Source: the human T2T-CHM13v2.0 reference genome, Homo sapiens
Reading direction: 5' to 3' (one strand)
DNA: 64,000 bases
NCBI RefSeq assembly: GCF_009914755.1
Contig: NC_060940.1
The notes below the pieces were generated by a model that ran no database searches, was not told the origin of the DNA, and worked only from the letters and a program-made list of their open reading frames with translations. Positions 1 through 14,700 of the stretch are shown piece by piece. The number at the start of each line of letters is the position of its first letter. Positions within the stretch are counted from its first letter, which is position 1. The translations under genes were made by a program, and so were the position numbers.

Positions 1-525
1 CACTCTCTTCCTCCTTGTCTTCCTCAACAATTATGGTATGGTCCTCAGCCAGAGTGGGGTCTCCCATTGCCAGGAGGTCCCCATTGGCCAGCAGGCCACC
101 ATAAAGCTGTTGGATGTCAGCCTCACTCAGCTCCAGGTGGCTTGTCTCAAGGTGCTTCTTCAGAGCCTGGAAAGTTCGGAAACTGCGCTGACAAAGACAG
201 CACATGGTGGCAGCTCTGATCACATGGTACTGAGAATGGAGCTGCAACTTTTCAATGGTCTTGAAGGCCAGGCTACACTGATTACAGCGGTACTTGTACA
301 CATGGCGATCTGACACCGGCAGCTGAGGCCTCTTGGCATGCACTTCATTAAAATGCGTCTGAAGGGCAGCAGAAGTTTTGAAAACCTGGTTGCACCCCTT
401 CTTCCAGCAGATGAAGCCTGAGTCTTCTCTCACAGAGCCTGGGTCAGCAGGGGATGGTTTCAAATCTCCGCTTTGCTCTGTGCTTGCGGATGGCAAGATG
501 TTCTTTCCCAGATCCTCTGAGGTTT
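1..525 (-). CDS. ZFHX3: ZFHX3 large coding exon (exon 9 by recalled numbering), 5' part; continues beyond the window; three C2H2 fingers
   Basis: Acceptor T16-AACAG|AAACC, phase 1. Translates (E)[129 protein letters not shown]...EEDKEEES. Absent from the ORF track because it runs off the edge. Confidence 0.97.
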
Positions 526-1837
526 CTGTTAAAAAAAAAAAAAAAATCAAACCCAAAGATAAAGAAGGCTTTGTTTCAAGGATGGCACCCAGAGCGGTCT
601 ACCTAGTCAGGCCTCATGAACACAGAATCTGATGATGAGGGAAGTGCCCAACCTGAATGACAGAATCTCTGCGGAGCGCCTCCTGCTTTCTTTTGTTCCT
701 CCAATAGAGCACATATTATAAACAGGGTGCACATGAACAGAGATGGATAAAAGGAAATACAAAAAGTTTCAATGCATAATAGACCCATGTCATATCACAG
801 ATCTAACAGTCTTTTAAATAGCATTTAATTGCTTGACTCAGAATCCTCAATTTCTCAAGAGCTGGTTTGAAGGTTACTGATCTTAGACTGGATTTCCCTT
901 TTATGTTCATCTTTTATGTAATAAGCATTTAGCACAGTAGATCTGAAGTGTAGAATATGTGAATTAATGCTGTCCTAAGTTGTGAGGAATTTACAAGAAC
1001 TGCTGAACATCGTAATATAAGAAATTTGGGGATACATATTTTTAGGCATTTAATTTCTTGTTATAATGTGACTTCTGATTGCCATCTCTATTCAATAAGC
1101 AATTAACATTCAAGTGTTCAATTATTTAAAATACATTTTTTTCCCTACAATGAGATCATCACACTCATAAATACCGAGACCCTTTAACAGGTCATTTGTC
1201 CATTGTCTAATATGGAAAACTCACAAGAAAGAGAGAAGGCAGGACAGTAGTGTGGCCAAACTCTTCCCAACTTAGAACTCTTCCCACCTTAGAGGTGAAC
1301 GATGTAGGACAGCCTCACAGAGGTCTAACCATTCATCTAGCCAGGAAACACTATGTGGCACCAACTACTGTCTACAACAATGTTCTTTCCATCAGCATCT
1401 CTGTGCTTCATCCTAAGCCAATCCCAAAAAACTCAGAACGAAAGACAACTAATCCAGTGTACCTAAAAATCAACCCACAAGTCCCTACTAATTAAGTCCT
1501 CAGAAATACAGTGTTTAATGGCTTAGAATGGTAGGGCCTACTGACTGAGTCTCTGGTTATTCACTCCCTAATTGTATAGTTTAAGAAGATGTGTGTGTCT
1601 GTGCCAGAATTCCACTGGTTCTCATACTAATTTTCTCTCACTTTAAACCATGTGAGTAATATACAAATACATGCCAAGAAGCAGAGTATAAAGTAGCTGA
1701 TGACAGTGCCCCTCATCTCCTGATCAGTTACATTCACCTTAAGAGTATTGTAAAGAATTCCTGAAAACCTTTCTCCATGAACATTTTGGCATTCCATCTT
1801 GTTTCAATTTCTTGGGGTCAAGAATAATGATACTGAC

Positions 1838-1940
1838 CAGGCTGCTTTCCTGCCTCTTCCAAATTGGAATTCCCATCTCGATCTGGAACAGCTGCTGGGA
1901 GGAACATGCTGCTTGGCATCACCATCTCAGGGGTGGTCAC
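1838..1940 (-). CDS. ZFHX3: ZFHX3 coding exon, 103 nt (exon 8 by recalled numbering)
   Basis: ctcttgctcctcag|GTGACC...CAGCCTG|gtcagt. Encodes [34 protein letters not shown] plus one G. Phases 0 and 1 match the neighbouring exons. Confidence 0.96.
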
Positions 1941-4769
1941 CTGAGGAGCAAGAGCAAGGAGAGTCAAATGGAGAGGAAAGCGACACAAAATAGGAAATGT
2001 TTAAAAATTATTTAATAAGCAAAATTAGCCTTCACCAGTGTAAAGCTAGAGGTGTCTCACTTTTCATAGCTCACTGAAGATTCATGTTTATTAGACAAAG
2101 CTCACATCAGTCAAAAGTGTTTCTACGGTTACATTCTGGACATAATTAGCAGTGCACACTTGAAGAATAATCTTCTTATTAATATTTTTCCTTTATGCAG
2201 AATTTTGACTTTGATCACTGACAATGTTTTGTCATGGGCTGTGAAACTTCTTGTGCAACCAATTAGGTAGATAAGTTGAAAGGCCCACCTTAAGCTGCTG
2301 AAAACATAATAAGGGCCCTAATTAAATCATACCTAGTAAAGTACACTGTAATCTTGAAGCAGGGAGCATTGTAGTACTGTTTTCAGAACGTATTCAGGCA
2401 AGAGGAGGAGGGGAGTAAGAGTGAAGGAAAGGGTAAGAAGAAAAGAAGAGAACAAAGGGAAGGCTAGGGACACGCAGACATGCTGGCAGATTTTCCAGGA
2501 AAACAACATTTGTAACCCTTTACAAGCTGACATCAAGCACAAACAAGCCTTTTTTTGTGACTCACTTAAGCCACGATTTCTTCTGGAGTCTCTGCCCAAG
2601 GTATACAACATCAGAGGGAACTTCTGACCAACGTCCCAGCGATAGAGGGTGGCCTGCACAGCATTCTACAACAGGGCAGCCCCACCTTGACCATGGCCAT
2701 TTTTTCTCAATACAGCAGTTCTGGAAATCGCCTGGATCCAAACAGCTGCAACTTTTGGGCAGAGCCTCAGATATTTCTCTAGGCCTCCCTGCCGTACGGC
2801 CAGAAGCCTGTCCAAACAAGTTATCATTTGCCTTATGTTAATGTGATAAGCAGCCCTCGATATCCAATGGAAAGATCAAAGGTTCTTCATTCAAAAAGAA
2901 GCAATATCCTTTTGCCTGATATGGGGTGGGAAGGGTAGGTGGCGATGATATTTCAAATGAATTAGAAACCACCTCCCATTTGATGATAGCTGGAGAAATG
3001 GACTGACCTAGAAGTTACAGGACCAGAAACTACAGTCACCACTAACCTTTCTACGTGGCACCCAGCCCCACTTGGAGACATTATTTTTCCATCAAACACA
3101 ACCGTACTGCACAGACATCTTCACTGTCTGTTGCAAAGATTGGAATACGTAGATTTCTGTTCAAAATTAAATAATATTTTAAATACATTACTATTAATTT
3201 TTAATGGTGTGACGATCCCAGCCTTGCTCAAAATAGCTACTGAGATGTCCACTAGAATCATCAGCAATAAGCTTGACAACTAGAGGAAACCCAGACAGCC
3301 ACCCCCATCAACATAGGATAACTCCTCATCACACTTAGGGGTATTAGAATAATTTCAGCAACCCAGATGCCAGCGGGTGCAAAAAGTAAGCAACAGGTAC
3401 CATGGAGAAGCATTCTGAGAAATGCTGTGTTTACGAAGAGCAGGTGTGTGGCAGGTGAATGTGTGTGACATAGCATTCTTGCCCCCACAGACATCTGCAC
3501 CTCACACAAAGCTCATCGGCAGCTGGTTAAGGCTAGCTGTTGATGAATCGTTAAGAATGGAGTGGAGATTGCCAAACTCATTCCATCTATTTTCTTTTTA
3601 ATAGAAGGCATTTCTGACTAGTGTGGTTGGGGAGTCCAGCGGGAATCCGAGAAGTGAAAGGTCACCGATTAATTTGTAGTCCTCAGCTGAGGGGGAGCAC
3701 GAGGTTGGGGGTAAGAGGGGGAGAAAGGGAAAGGAAAAAAGACTCCCCCCCACCTCCTTTCTCGGTTGTAGCTGCAAGATCAGTCCTTTCCTGGGATCTT
3801 TAGGAATTATGAAAAATGAATCATGAGAAATAAAAAAAAAGCCCTACAGAGTAAAAAAGAATAAAATTATCTAACACCTCAGCTGCACATCATTATAGAA
3901 AACTGTGGGCTTTTCATACACATTACAGTAAGGCAGACATCCCCTCTAACAGACTCAGTACGACGGATCAGTAATTGTTTTCATACACTTTAATTAGAAA
4001 AACTCAGATGGCTATGAATAATAATGGAAAAGAGAGACTTTTGCACTTGAAAGGTTGAAGTCAATCAAGTGTGAATGACGGCAAAAAAGAAAAAAAAAAG
4101 ACACCAATTCATCAGCCCTCTGTTGTCTCGCTGCGACTTTAATCATAATTCCTGATTGGGATTCAAGAAGGCAGTAAGCAGCGGTTCTTTGTCTGCCTTC
4201 ACCTTCCATCAATTAACTCTCCCCGAAATATAATCATCAACCTCACATGCTCCTCTGCATCTTAATCTGGGCCTCCAAACCTGTAAGTCTTGCCCCATAT
4301 GTGTTTAAGTAACTACTTTTATCCACCTGCATTTTTCTCATCTATAGTGTACCCAACCTCTCCCTGAAAAAAAGGGGGGGTTGGTATATGAAATTTTGAT
4401 GGGCAAGAAATTCCCAGGAGGCAAAGAGGAAGATTCCTAAAGAGAATCCTAAGGATCTGGAAATTCAGGTGGCGTCTGTCTGTGCATGTGTCTCAACAGA
4501 GGTTGAGAATGGAAGCTGCCTTGCTACACAGGCTACTGGAGGGCCCCATGTCAGTTCTCAGACACTAACGTTCCCTTTGCCCATTCTTCCCTCTCCTACC
4601 AGCTTCCAAAGCTTTTTACTCAAAGCTTTCATGCTTTATCTTGAAGAGCCATAAACAATCCTGCCAACAGAGCCCATTGAGGAGTCCTTCTGCTCACTGA
4701 GGTGATATATATATCCAAAGGCAGACTTCCTTCAACACTTGCCTTGGCACCCCCTTTGTTTTACAATCA

Positions 4770-5166
<397 letters not shown>

Positions 5167-6702
5167 CCCAGCTGTGCTGAGCACAGGTAAAGACCTTCCC
5201 TTTTGCCAGGAACACTGAAACATGTAGGTTTATGAGAAGACAAAACCTGGTTGTAGCATAACCAGGGTCATGCCAAGTGTGCCAAATTTCAGAGGCCCTC
5301 AAATAACTGGTCCTACCACCAATTTTCCTGCAGAACAATATACATGCTTTCTCTCTGTTCCTTCTTCCCCTCTCTGGCCGCAATCCTACAATGTCCATAC
5401 TTCCAGCCATGGACTCAAGAGCCAAACGAAAAAAGTTCTAAGGTTTGGCCAGGTGACAGTACAAATCAGCCCAAACACCTACACTTTCTACATTGAATGT
5501 ACCATCCACATTGATTATTCCGATAATCCATACATCAATAAACATTTAATACATTAAATTATATCCCCCACTCTATTCACTAATGAACCTGAGAAGTAAT
5601 GAGAAGACAAAAGTTTTTCTGGTTAAGAAAATTCAACTGATTACAGCCATTACAGCATTTTGGGTCTCTCAAGGTTGGCCTCTGCCATGCAAAAGGCAGT
5701 TCCATGGTGATCTTCTAGACACCACGTTTTCCTCCCAAACCTTCTGAGCCAGTTCAACTACCTTCCTCCCAGAGTACATGTACATTTCATGGAAACTTGG
5801 GAAGAAACCATCAGCTGACTGGGGTGCAGAAAATTTGGAAGCCAACAGTGGCTCTGATATATTCCTAACAAACAGGTTTTCATGCATAACAAAAGAAATG
5901 TAGAGTTCTACTCCAGTGCTCAAAACCTCCCAGTTTAAGTAATTTTCATATATAATAGAAACAGAAGCGTTCCACATTGATGCTAAAAATGTTCAAGCTT
6001 AAGCACTTCCAAAATAACACAGTTGAAAAGGAGTAGCCTTGAGAAACTCTCAGTTCATTCAATTGACCACCATTTACTAAATAAACACTGTACAGGATCC
6101 ATGTGCTGCATGCTTCTGAGATGCAGAGAGCCAGACAAAAGTTCCTGTCTCCAAAAGGCTTATGATGCAGAATAAATAACCCTTTAGAGGTCACAAAAGC
6201 CTTAGAAATCTAATACAAGTTGCAGACTCCTAGGAAAATACTTTCACAGAAAGAATATTCCAGATAATTTTAGGAAATTACAAGCTCCCCAGAAGGAAAT
6301 CCATGTACTCAAGTGAACTGCCCTTGATCTACTAGGAGAGGTAACATATAGGTTCATAAATACATAGTTCCAAGCTCTTCCTAGTTTGGTTCATTATTAT
6401 TTTGGATTATGTTCTAATGCTTTTCAAGATTCTATGAGGTGAGTGGACCCTAAAGCCTCAAGGGCACACCTTATACAGCCCGTGTCTGAGATACGGGACT
6501 AGTCTCCCACTCTGACATTTGGGAGGGGCTGCTGAAATATATAATTTCTTGGTAGAATCTGGAGTTATAAGGAACACCATCCTGCCACTTACGCCAATCC
6601 CTGCAGGTCACAGATGTGGAAGGGCCAATATAACACCCTGTGCAGCCAAGGTCACCCTTTGCTAAGTTCTTATGGGACCGTTCATGCCAATTCATCTCTT
6701 GA

Positions 6703-7092
<390 letters not shown>

Positions 7093-7691
7093 AGCAGAGA
7101 TATTTTCTTAGCAAAAGTGGTGAACCTAGTTTCTCTGAGACCCTTATTCCTACCGCCTTGGCATTGCTCACTTTAGGACTTCTTTCTGAAAAGCCCACTA
7201 TTCCAGGTGAAAGTATAGATTTGCCGATACCTAGGCTCCCAAGGATGCCTCAAATCCTTTACTTTTAATTGAAAATCAATAGAATGAAGAAATTCAGACA
7301 AAAAGAGGAGAGACCTCAGGCACAGACCTCCTTGGCACAGACCAAGCCAGTCTCTACATCCTTGTGGATGAGACTGGTTCTGCCCAAAACATTAAGCATG
7401 AAGTTAAAAGCCAGCTGCTTTTAGGGCTGAGCAGTCTAGCTAGTTGGTATATCTAAAGCCAGCTGTTCCAGCGAGAGGCCAGTTGCTCACTTCCTTTCCT
7501 GTACCTAGACAGCCACTGGGGCCCACTGGCTGGTTTCTGCACACTTACAGCCAACAAACCAGGGCGCCTCTTGCCAGTAGAGTTTCAGAGTTGGGTTCCC
7601 CACCCCACTTTACAGTCTTCTACATATGCCAGGGAGAATACTGGGCCATGGCGTCTTTTTAAAAGGCTCAGCTTCTTCTCTCCTTGTCCCA

Positions 7692-7968
7692 TTTCCTTTT
7701 CTTTCTTTCTTTTTTTTTTTGAGATAGTCTCACTTTGTCACCTGGGCTGGAGTGCAGTGGCACAACCATGGCTCGCTACAGGCTCAAACTGCTGGGCTTA
7801 AGTGATTCTTCTGCCTCAGCCTCCTGAGTAGCTAGGACTACAGGTACACACCACCACTCTCAGCAATTTTTTGTGTGTTTTGTTTTGTTGGTAGAGACAC
7901 AGTCTTGCCATGTTGCCCTGGCTGGTCTCGAACTCCTGGACTCAAGCCATCTTCCCACTTTGGCCTCC
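7692..7968 (-). mobile_element. AluJ, slightly 5'-truncated
   Basis: Reverse Alu with J-type CTCCTGGACTCAAG motif; the first ~35 nt are missing. Confidence 0.88.
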
Positions 7969-10673
7969 TTGTTTCCTTTCTAAAACTGCTTCTGTATGGT
8001 AGTTCATTCAATTTTTAAATACATCAAGCTCAAAAGAAAATACTGTAGGGCCGTGTTAACATTCATGTAGGCTGGAAACAAATGTAGCTCAGAACCAGAT
8101 TTTTGAAACTGAGGATGAGAAAGATTGAAAAGGTAGATGGGAGAACAGGAAACACATGAAGAGTTATACACGTGTGCGCAGAGAGGTGAGAACTGAGAAG
8201 GAGAATGAATTGGAGAGAAAACCTTCATTAGACTCAGAGAGGGAAGCAGTGGCAGTATACCAAGGTCACTTCTAATTTAGACCATCTAATTGGCAAACAG
8301 GCTCCAAATGGCTATCATCTCACAGGGCTTGGAATTAATGAAGGCTGATTATTTTCATTACCTTCCTCTTAAGATACAGGCAAAGTGAGAGAGCTGGTAC
8401 CCAGGTGGGTGCAACCGCCCCCAGGCCAGTGGCTGCCCTAGAGCCCCAGATAACCAGCCTGTCCTAGAGATTCACAGACACACATGAAGCATAGAGAGTC
8501 ACAGACGCTGACGGAAAAAAATCACAAGGTTACAAACTATTGGTCTCAAAAGAGATACCGAGAAAAGTGCAGGCAACACAGGGCCAGGAGCATGGAAGGG
8601 AAACTGTGCAGGTACAAAAAATACAGAATAATTAAGAACTACCAAAGGGAGCCAAGACAAAGGGCTACAGAAGGTGTTCCTAAGCTGCCCAGGAGCCAAT
8701 CCCATCTCCATTATGAGGTCATATTTTGTTAAATGATGAAAGAACAAAGAGAATTTCCCCATATCAGTGCTTCAGGATCCCAGTGGTGTGTCCTGTCACT
8801 TAGAAAGATAGTGATCAATTAGAATAATTTAAGAGTATTGAAATGCATGGTAGGTGGTCTTTCCTATTCTCATTCAGGGGACAGAAACATGGGCCCCATG
8901 CCTTCCACCCTTCTTTCCTGAAAGAATGGGAAAATAAGGGCACCGAGCAGCAGCTCCTACATCTCTTTCACCAATTTGAAATCTCAAGCTTCTTTGTAAA
9001 TAGGTGAGAGTTCTTATGTGTAACTGACATTGGGGGAGGGCTGCCCAGCCAGTTGTGGAGGGGCCCTTGTCTCATCTCCCTTAAGCTTTATAGATTTCCT
9101 TCTTTGATATGACGTGTGCAGAGGTACTCTTTGCAGCTCTGTTTCCAATAGGCCAAGAAGAATGAAGTGCTGTGGGTGTGGTCTCCATAGTGGAGGGCCA
9201 GCACTGCAATTGTTCCTAGTGGAGAATATTTCTCAAGCCCCCTCATCAGTAAGAAGGGGGCCCATGGAAGACATAGATATGAGATGCAGAGCATAAGCAA
9301 GCAGCTGTTACCATAGCAACAGACATATTAGACACTGCAGGTTCCTGAAAGCTGTCTGATAAGGTATTATTAAATGAAGCCTCCTCAAAACGCACTCCAT
9401 TTACAACTGAACAGAAAGACGTTGTGTAGAAAGTAATCTGTTTCCATTTATCAGGGTGGAATTTACTTTTAGTGGGACTGAACCGAACTCAAGCTAAATC
9501 CTGAGACTTTGGACACAGACAGCAAAAAATATTTACCAGAATTTACAGCTGTAAATACCCCGGACACACCCCATGTCTGCCAGGAATCATCTATTTGGGG
9601 GATTTTGCAAGCTTTTCCTATTCTGCAGCCAATGGCAACTAACTCAGTCAACCCATTTGGAAAGAAAGAAGATTCACTCTTGCTGCCATTCATCCTAGCC
9701 ACTCAGGGACAAAGCAGACATAACTTCCTTCTCCTGGAGCATGAATGACCGTAGAACTGGCCATTCCTTAATGATATGGTTTAGAAAATGGAGCCCTGAT
9801 TAGAGGGGCATTTTTCATCATGCTGTTTTCACTTTCCTGCTCTAGTTGGCCATGAACAAACATATATCGTTAGAAAGCCTAACCAATACTTTCCCGGGGC
9901 CAATCTTCTAATAAAATGACAGTAAAATACCCTCCCGTGGCATGATTTTAACCATAGGTTCATTATAATCACTTAGTTGTGAAACAATTGCAAATTCCAT
10001 TTTTACACCAAATTTTTCAGAGGAAAGACACTGGCATCTGCTTTGATTCATCAGAGCAGAGATCAAGATCATCAGTATTCCAGTCCTCAAATACGATCTC
10101 AGGTTCACCTTGTGGTAGGCCCACAAATTCCCTCTAACCCTGGTTGCTCATTTTTTTTTTCCTGCTGAACTAAAGGCCTGAGATAGAAATGCATAGTTTG
10201 GCTCAATGCAAACTATCCCCATGACTGGACAAACCAGTTCAATACTGACAGCCATGCCATAACTCCATGCAAAGAGAAAACTCATCCTTGCATATACATC
10301 TTTCAGTAAAAAGTAAAATACTTATATGATTACATTTCTCATAACTTTCAACTTTATTCCTGAATCCATTGACTTTCCCTTGTTGCTAACAAGTTGACTT
10401 CCTATTACAAGTGCATTTCCCACAATCTGCACACTTCTCAGAAATGTCTAGAAAACATCTCCATGGTCTGCTGTGGAAAGATGAGGAACATAGAGGTTTC
10501 TATACAAGGTACCAAGCCCAGCAGTGCTTTAGGGAGCAGTGTCTCCTACATAATTACATTGTCAGGGGTTCTAGAACAGTTTGTATTGACCAGTCCCATG
10601 GACATATCCTTATGCTCCCTGGCATTGTACACACAATTTTATATTTGCAAAATACTTGACGGAGGGTCAGTAA

Positions 10674-10765
10674 CAGTGGTTATCAAACATTGGTATGCAA
10701 AGAATAATACAGTATGGCTGTTGTATAGCTTTCATGAGAGTCTCCATAAAGGTTAAGAATCACTG
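10674..10765. mobile_element. Possible short hAT/MER5-type MITE remnant
   Basis: Ends CAGTGGTTATCAAAC ... GGTTAAGAATCACTG resemble MER5-family terminal inverted repeats. Confidence 0.4.
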
Positions 10766-11624
10766 CTTCCAAAGGTGCTAGTTAATGGGTAACTTCCAGA
10801 AATCTCTTAGGGATTGGCACCCAAGCAAACACAGAAGTAATATCCTGCCCTTGAAGACTCTGTTGGTAAATGAAGATTCACAATGACCACCACACTTGTC
10901 ACTTGAAATTTACCTTGCTATTGCTATTATGAAAATATGACAAACAATGAATATTTGAAATATAAGTTATACTCTAGTCCCTAGGGATATATAAATGAAA
11001 TTTTTACTAATGTAAACCAGTCATGTAGATTACTATAGGCCCACAGTCCCTAGACTAGATTTATATTAAAATAGCAAAAATAATCACCTGAGTAAAAGAA
11101 AAATGTAGGTCAGTATTGACAATGCTTCCCTCCCCACATCTCTTTCTGTTCTTTCAGGCTCCCATGGTTCTAGGCCATCAGATGGGAAGTACAATGAGGC
11201 CTGTTACTTCCAAGGATGATGAGAAAGCTGAGGAAACCAGTAACACAGAAACCCACTGGTCCACAGAAGGAGGTTTTCACTTACAGAGAATCTTTACACA
11301 CTGTTCACCAGCTGATTTGAAAATACCCACAGAAAGTTAATTTAACTTCAAAGATCTCTGAAAGGCAACTCATGGCTAGGTCACCTTTGAGCTTCCCATT
11401 GGCTGCTAAAGTTCTCTTGATGCATCATCAATTATATATTCTTCATGACTAAACATCACTTACAACGTTATTCATTAACGTTTGCAGAACCAAATGGAAT
11501 AGAAAATGCCTGGAGGTGATATGTCTGTGACCTGCACATTATAACGTGCAGTTGTGAACAGACTACCTCTCTGGGAATCTTCACGTGAAAAGGCAATCAA
11601 ATTAACTTATTACTCCACTGCTAA

Positions 11625-12363
<739 letters not shown>

Positions 12364-12574
12364 TGAAAAGTTTTTATATTACAATTAGATTTACATCTTT
12401 ACACTAATTAGGCCATGTTTATAGTGGTCACTTAGGGGCATGCTTTCAAAATCTGCAGTTGTAGCAATATCATGTTCAAATGCAAAACCCACATTCACGA
12501 ATCAGCAATATCCAGCTCACCATTTTCTTGCTTTAAAAATCAAAGTATCCACTGAGAAACTCCCTACCCTAGAG

Positions 12575-13100
12575 TTGGAAATTGCGGGTTCAAATCTCAA
12601 CTCTGCTCCTTACAAATGGCATCAAGTCAGTTAACATCTTTGAGCCTCAGTTTCCTTATCTGCTGATGGGAATGTGTCAAAAAAATTTTTTTTTCTTTCT
12701 TTTTTTAAAGAGATAGAGTCTCCCTCTGTTAGCCAGGCTGCAGCGCAGTGGCCTAATCATAGCTCACTGCAACCTCAAACTCCTGGGCTCAAGTGATCCT
12801 CCCAATTCAGCCTCCCAAGTAGCTAGGACAACAGGTGCATGCACCACTGTGCCTTGCTAATTTTAAAGTATGTTTTGTAGAGATGGGGTCTCATTATGTT
12901 ACCTAGGCTGGTCTCAAACTCCTGGCCTCAAGCAATCCCCCCACCACGGCCTCCCAAAGAACTGGGATTAGAGGTGTGAGCTAGTGTGCCTGGCTCCCTT
13001 TTACAACAAAAACAGAGTTTGTTATGAGGATGAAATGAGACATAATGAAGGTAAGAGCAATCTAGTTCATGACCTGCTCAGTAAAGGTTTGAAGAATTTG
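12575..13100 (+). mobile_element. MIR split by an AluJ insertion
   Basis: GGTTCAAATC...GAGCCTCAGTTTCCTTATCTG precedes the Alu; GTTATGAGGATGAAATGAGA resumes after it. Confidence 0.7.
12686..12995 (-). mobile_element. AluJ
   Basis: Reverse Alu with ATCATAGCTCACTGC and CTCCTGGGCTCAAGTGATCCTCC (J-type). Confidence 0.92.
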
Positions 13101-13387
13101 AATAATGATTTCTTCATATAAATGGTTAGCTAATCCATGCCTCTGTCCCCTGAGGGCAGAGAGGATGATAAGGGAGGTTGAGAAACACATGTTCAGCACT
13201 TTGGGCTATGGTCATGCCAAGTCTAAGGCAGGGATAGTACAACAAAGGTCACAGAACAAGGACTGTTTTCTGACGTTTCCAACTCTACACTGACTTTCTC
13301 GTCCAATAATACAGTATCTTGCCCATGTTACTGCATCACCTTTGACCCTGGAGAAAGACCACAGGGTGCTGCTCCTGGCTGCCTTAC

Positions 13388-13588
13388 CGTCATAATGAGC
13401 TTCTCCACGCAGTCAGGTGCCACGCTGTGGAGGTGGGTGAGGTGCAGCTGGAGGTGGATCTTGTTGTTGAGCATGTCCTGGCACAGGGGGCAGCGAAGCA
13501 TGGGTTGCACCGAGTGCTGCGTCATGGCATGCACCCGGAGCCGGTTGACATCGGCATTACTGTACTTGCAGTAGGGACACTGGTACAT
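13388..13588 (-). CDS. ZFHX3: ZFHX3 coding exon, 201 nt (exon 7 by recalled numbering), two C2H2 zinc fingers
   Basis: tgttccccacag|ATGTAC...ATGACG|gtaagg. Encodes [67 protein letters not shown] (67 codons, phase 0-0). Confidence 0.98.
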
Positions 13589-13715
13589 CTGTGGGGAACA
13601 CACCCACTGCTTTGAGCAACTGTGTGTGCCCCAAGCCCGCCCACCCAAAAGTTTGTTCCCTACCAATGTCTAAAACACCTCACCTCCCCACCAGCAGAGT
13701 CCCTTCCAGCCTCAC

Positions 13716-13849
13716 CTGCTCCGGTTTGATCTCCTCAGCTGTTTTTGGTCGCTTCGAAGAGAGGGGAGACTCTGAGCTACCTGGGAAGGAGATGCGTTTG
13801 GAGGTTGCAGGAGAATCTGTCAGCTCCTTCTCTGCTTGGCTGGACGATG
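13716..13849 (-). CDS. ZFHX3: ZFHX3 coding exon, 134 nt (exon 6 by recalled numbering)
   Basis: ttctcttttag|CATCG...GAGCAG|gtgagg. Encodes (A)[45 protein letters not shown] 127-nt intron separates it from the next exon. Confidence 0.97.
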
Positions 13850-14700
13850 CTAAAAGAGAAAGTAGAAGATGCAATACAGCAGCCAGACCAGGCCAGCTCC
13901 CAGAGGGTTTGTGTTGGGTGAAAATCAACATTCATTTATAGCACAGGATTTTCTTAAAACACCAAAATTCAAGAAGGATGAACATCCGGACTGATTTATC
14001 AAGCATGTTGGAAAAGAAGCAAGTGTTTCTTTCTCCCCCATGAATTTCTGTCACTACTTTAACAACTGAACATTAGGAAAAGAAGGCAAAGAAATGGCAT
14101 AAAAGGCTCTGGAGTTGGATTAAGCTAAATTCAGTCTGTTCTAACCTCCCCCAATCTAGATACAATCTGCTGGCTTGTGGGGGGCAGTAGGGCTGAGGGT
14201 GGGTGGGAAAGTCTCACCAATTGCTTTGCCAGCCTCAGTACCAGACATGCTCTGCTTCAGAAATGTAAGAAGAGATGTGCTCTCAACTTTATTGTCCCTC
14301 CTCTTGGAATCACAACATGGCACAGCATTGGCAACATGAAAAATGTGATTTGAGAAAGGTTCACATGAGTATCAGCACACCAAATATGTGGGGGAAAAAA
14401 ATCAAGTTTGGGTTCAGCAGTTTGCTTTTGGGGAAGAAATAATTGAGGAGTGGAACTAGGCAGGGCCTGAATCCAAGATATAATCTAGCCAGTGCTCCAG
14501 ACCCAAGAGTTTATTCAGAGTGGGTGGGAATAGGGAAAGTTTCCTATCTGCTTGCCCAAACCATGCCTCCATGCCCCTCTTGCTTACACCACCAAAAAAA
14601 CCAAACGCTATTTAAAGAGGAGTGGCCCATGAGGATTGAGCAGCAGACAGCACGTACGGAAGTGCTGGTGGGAGGAGTTCTCTGAAGGATGGAAAGGAAA

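Noticed and set aside
38-632. Plus-strand ORFs 38..313 and 378..632
   Set aside because: Antisense shadows of the real ZFHX3 exon on the minus strand.
13328-13931. ORFs 13328..13666 and 13680..13931 as standalone genes
   Set aside because: They are ZFHX3 exons read through into flanking intron. The starts and stops are intronic.
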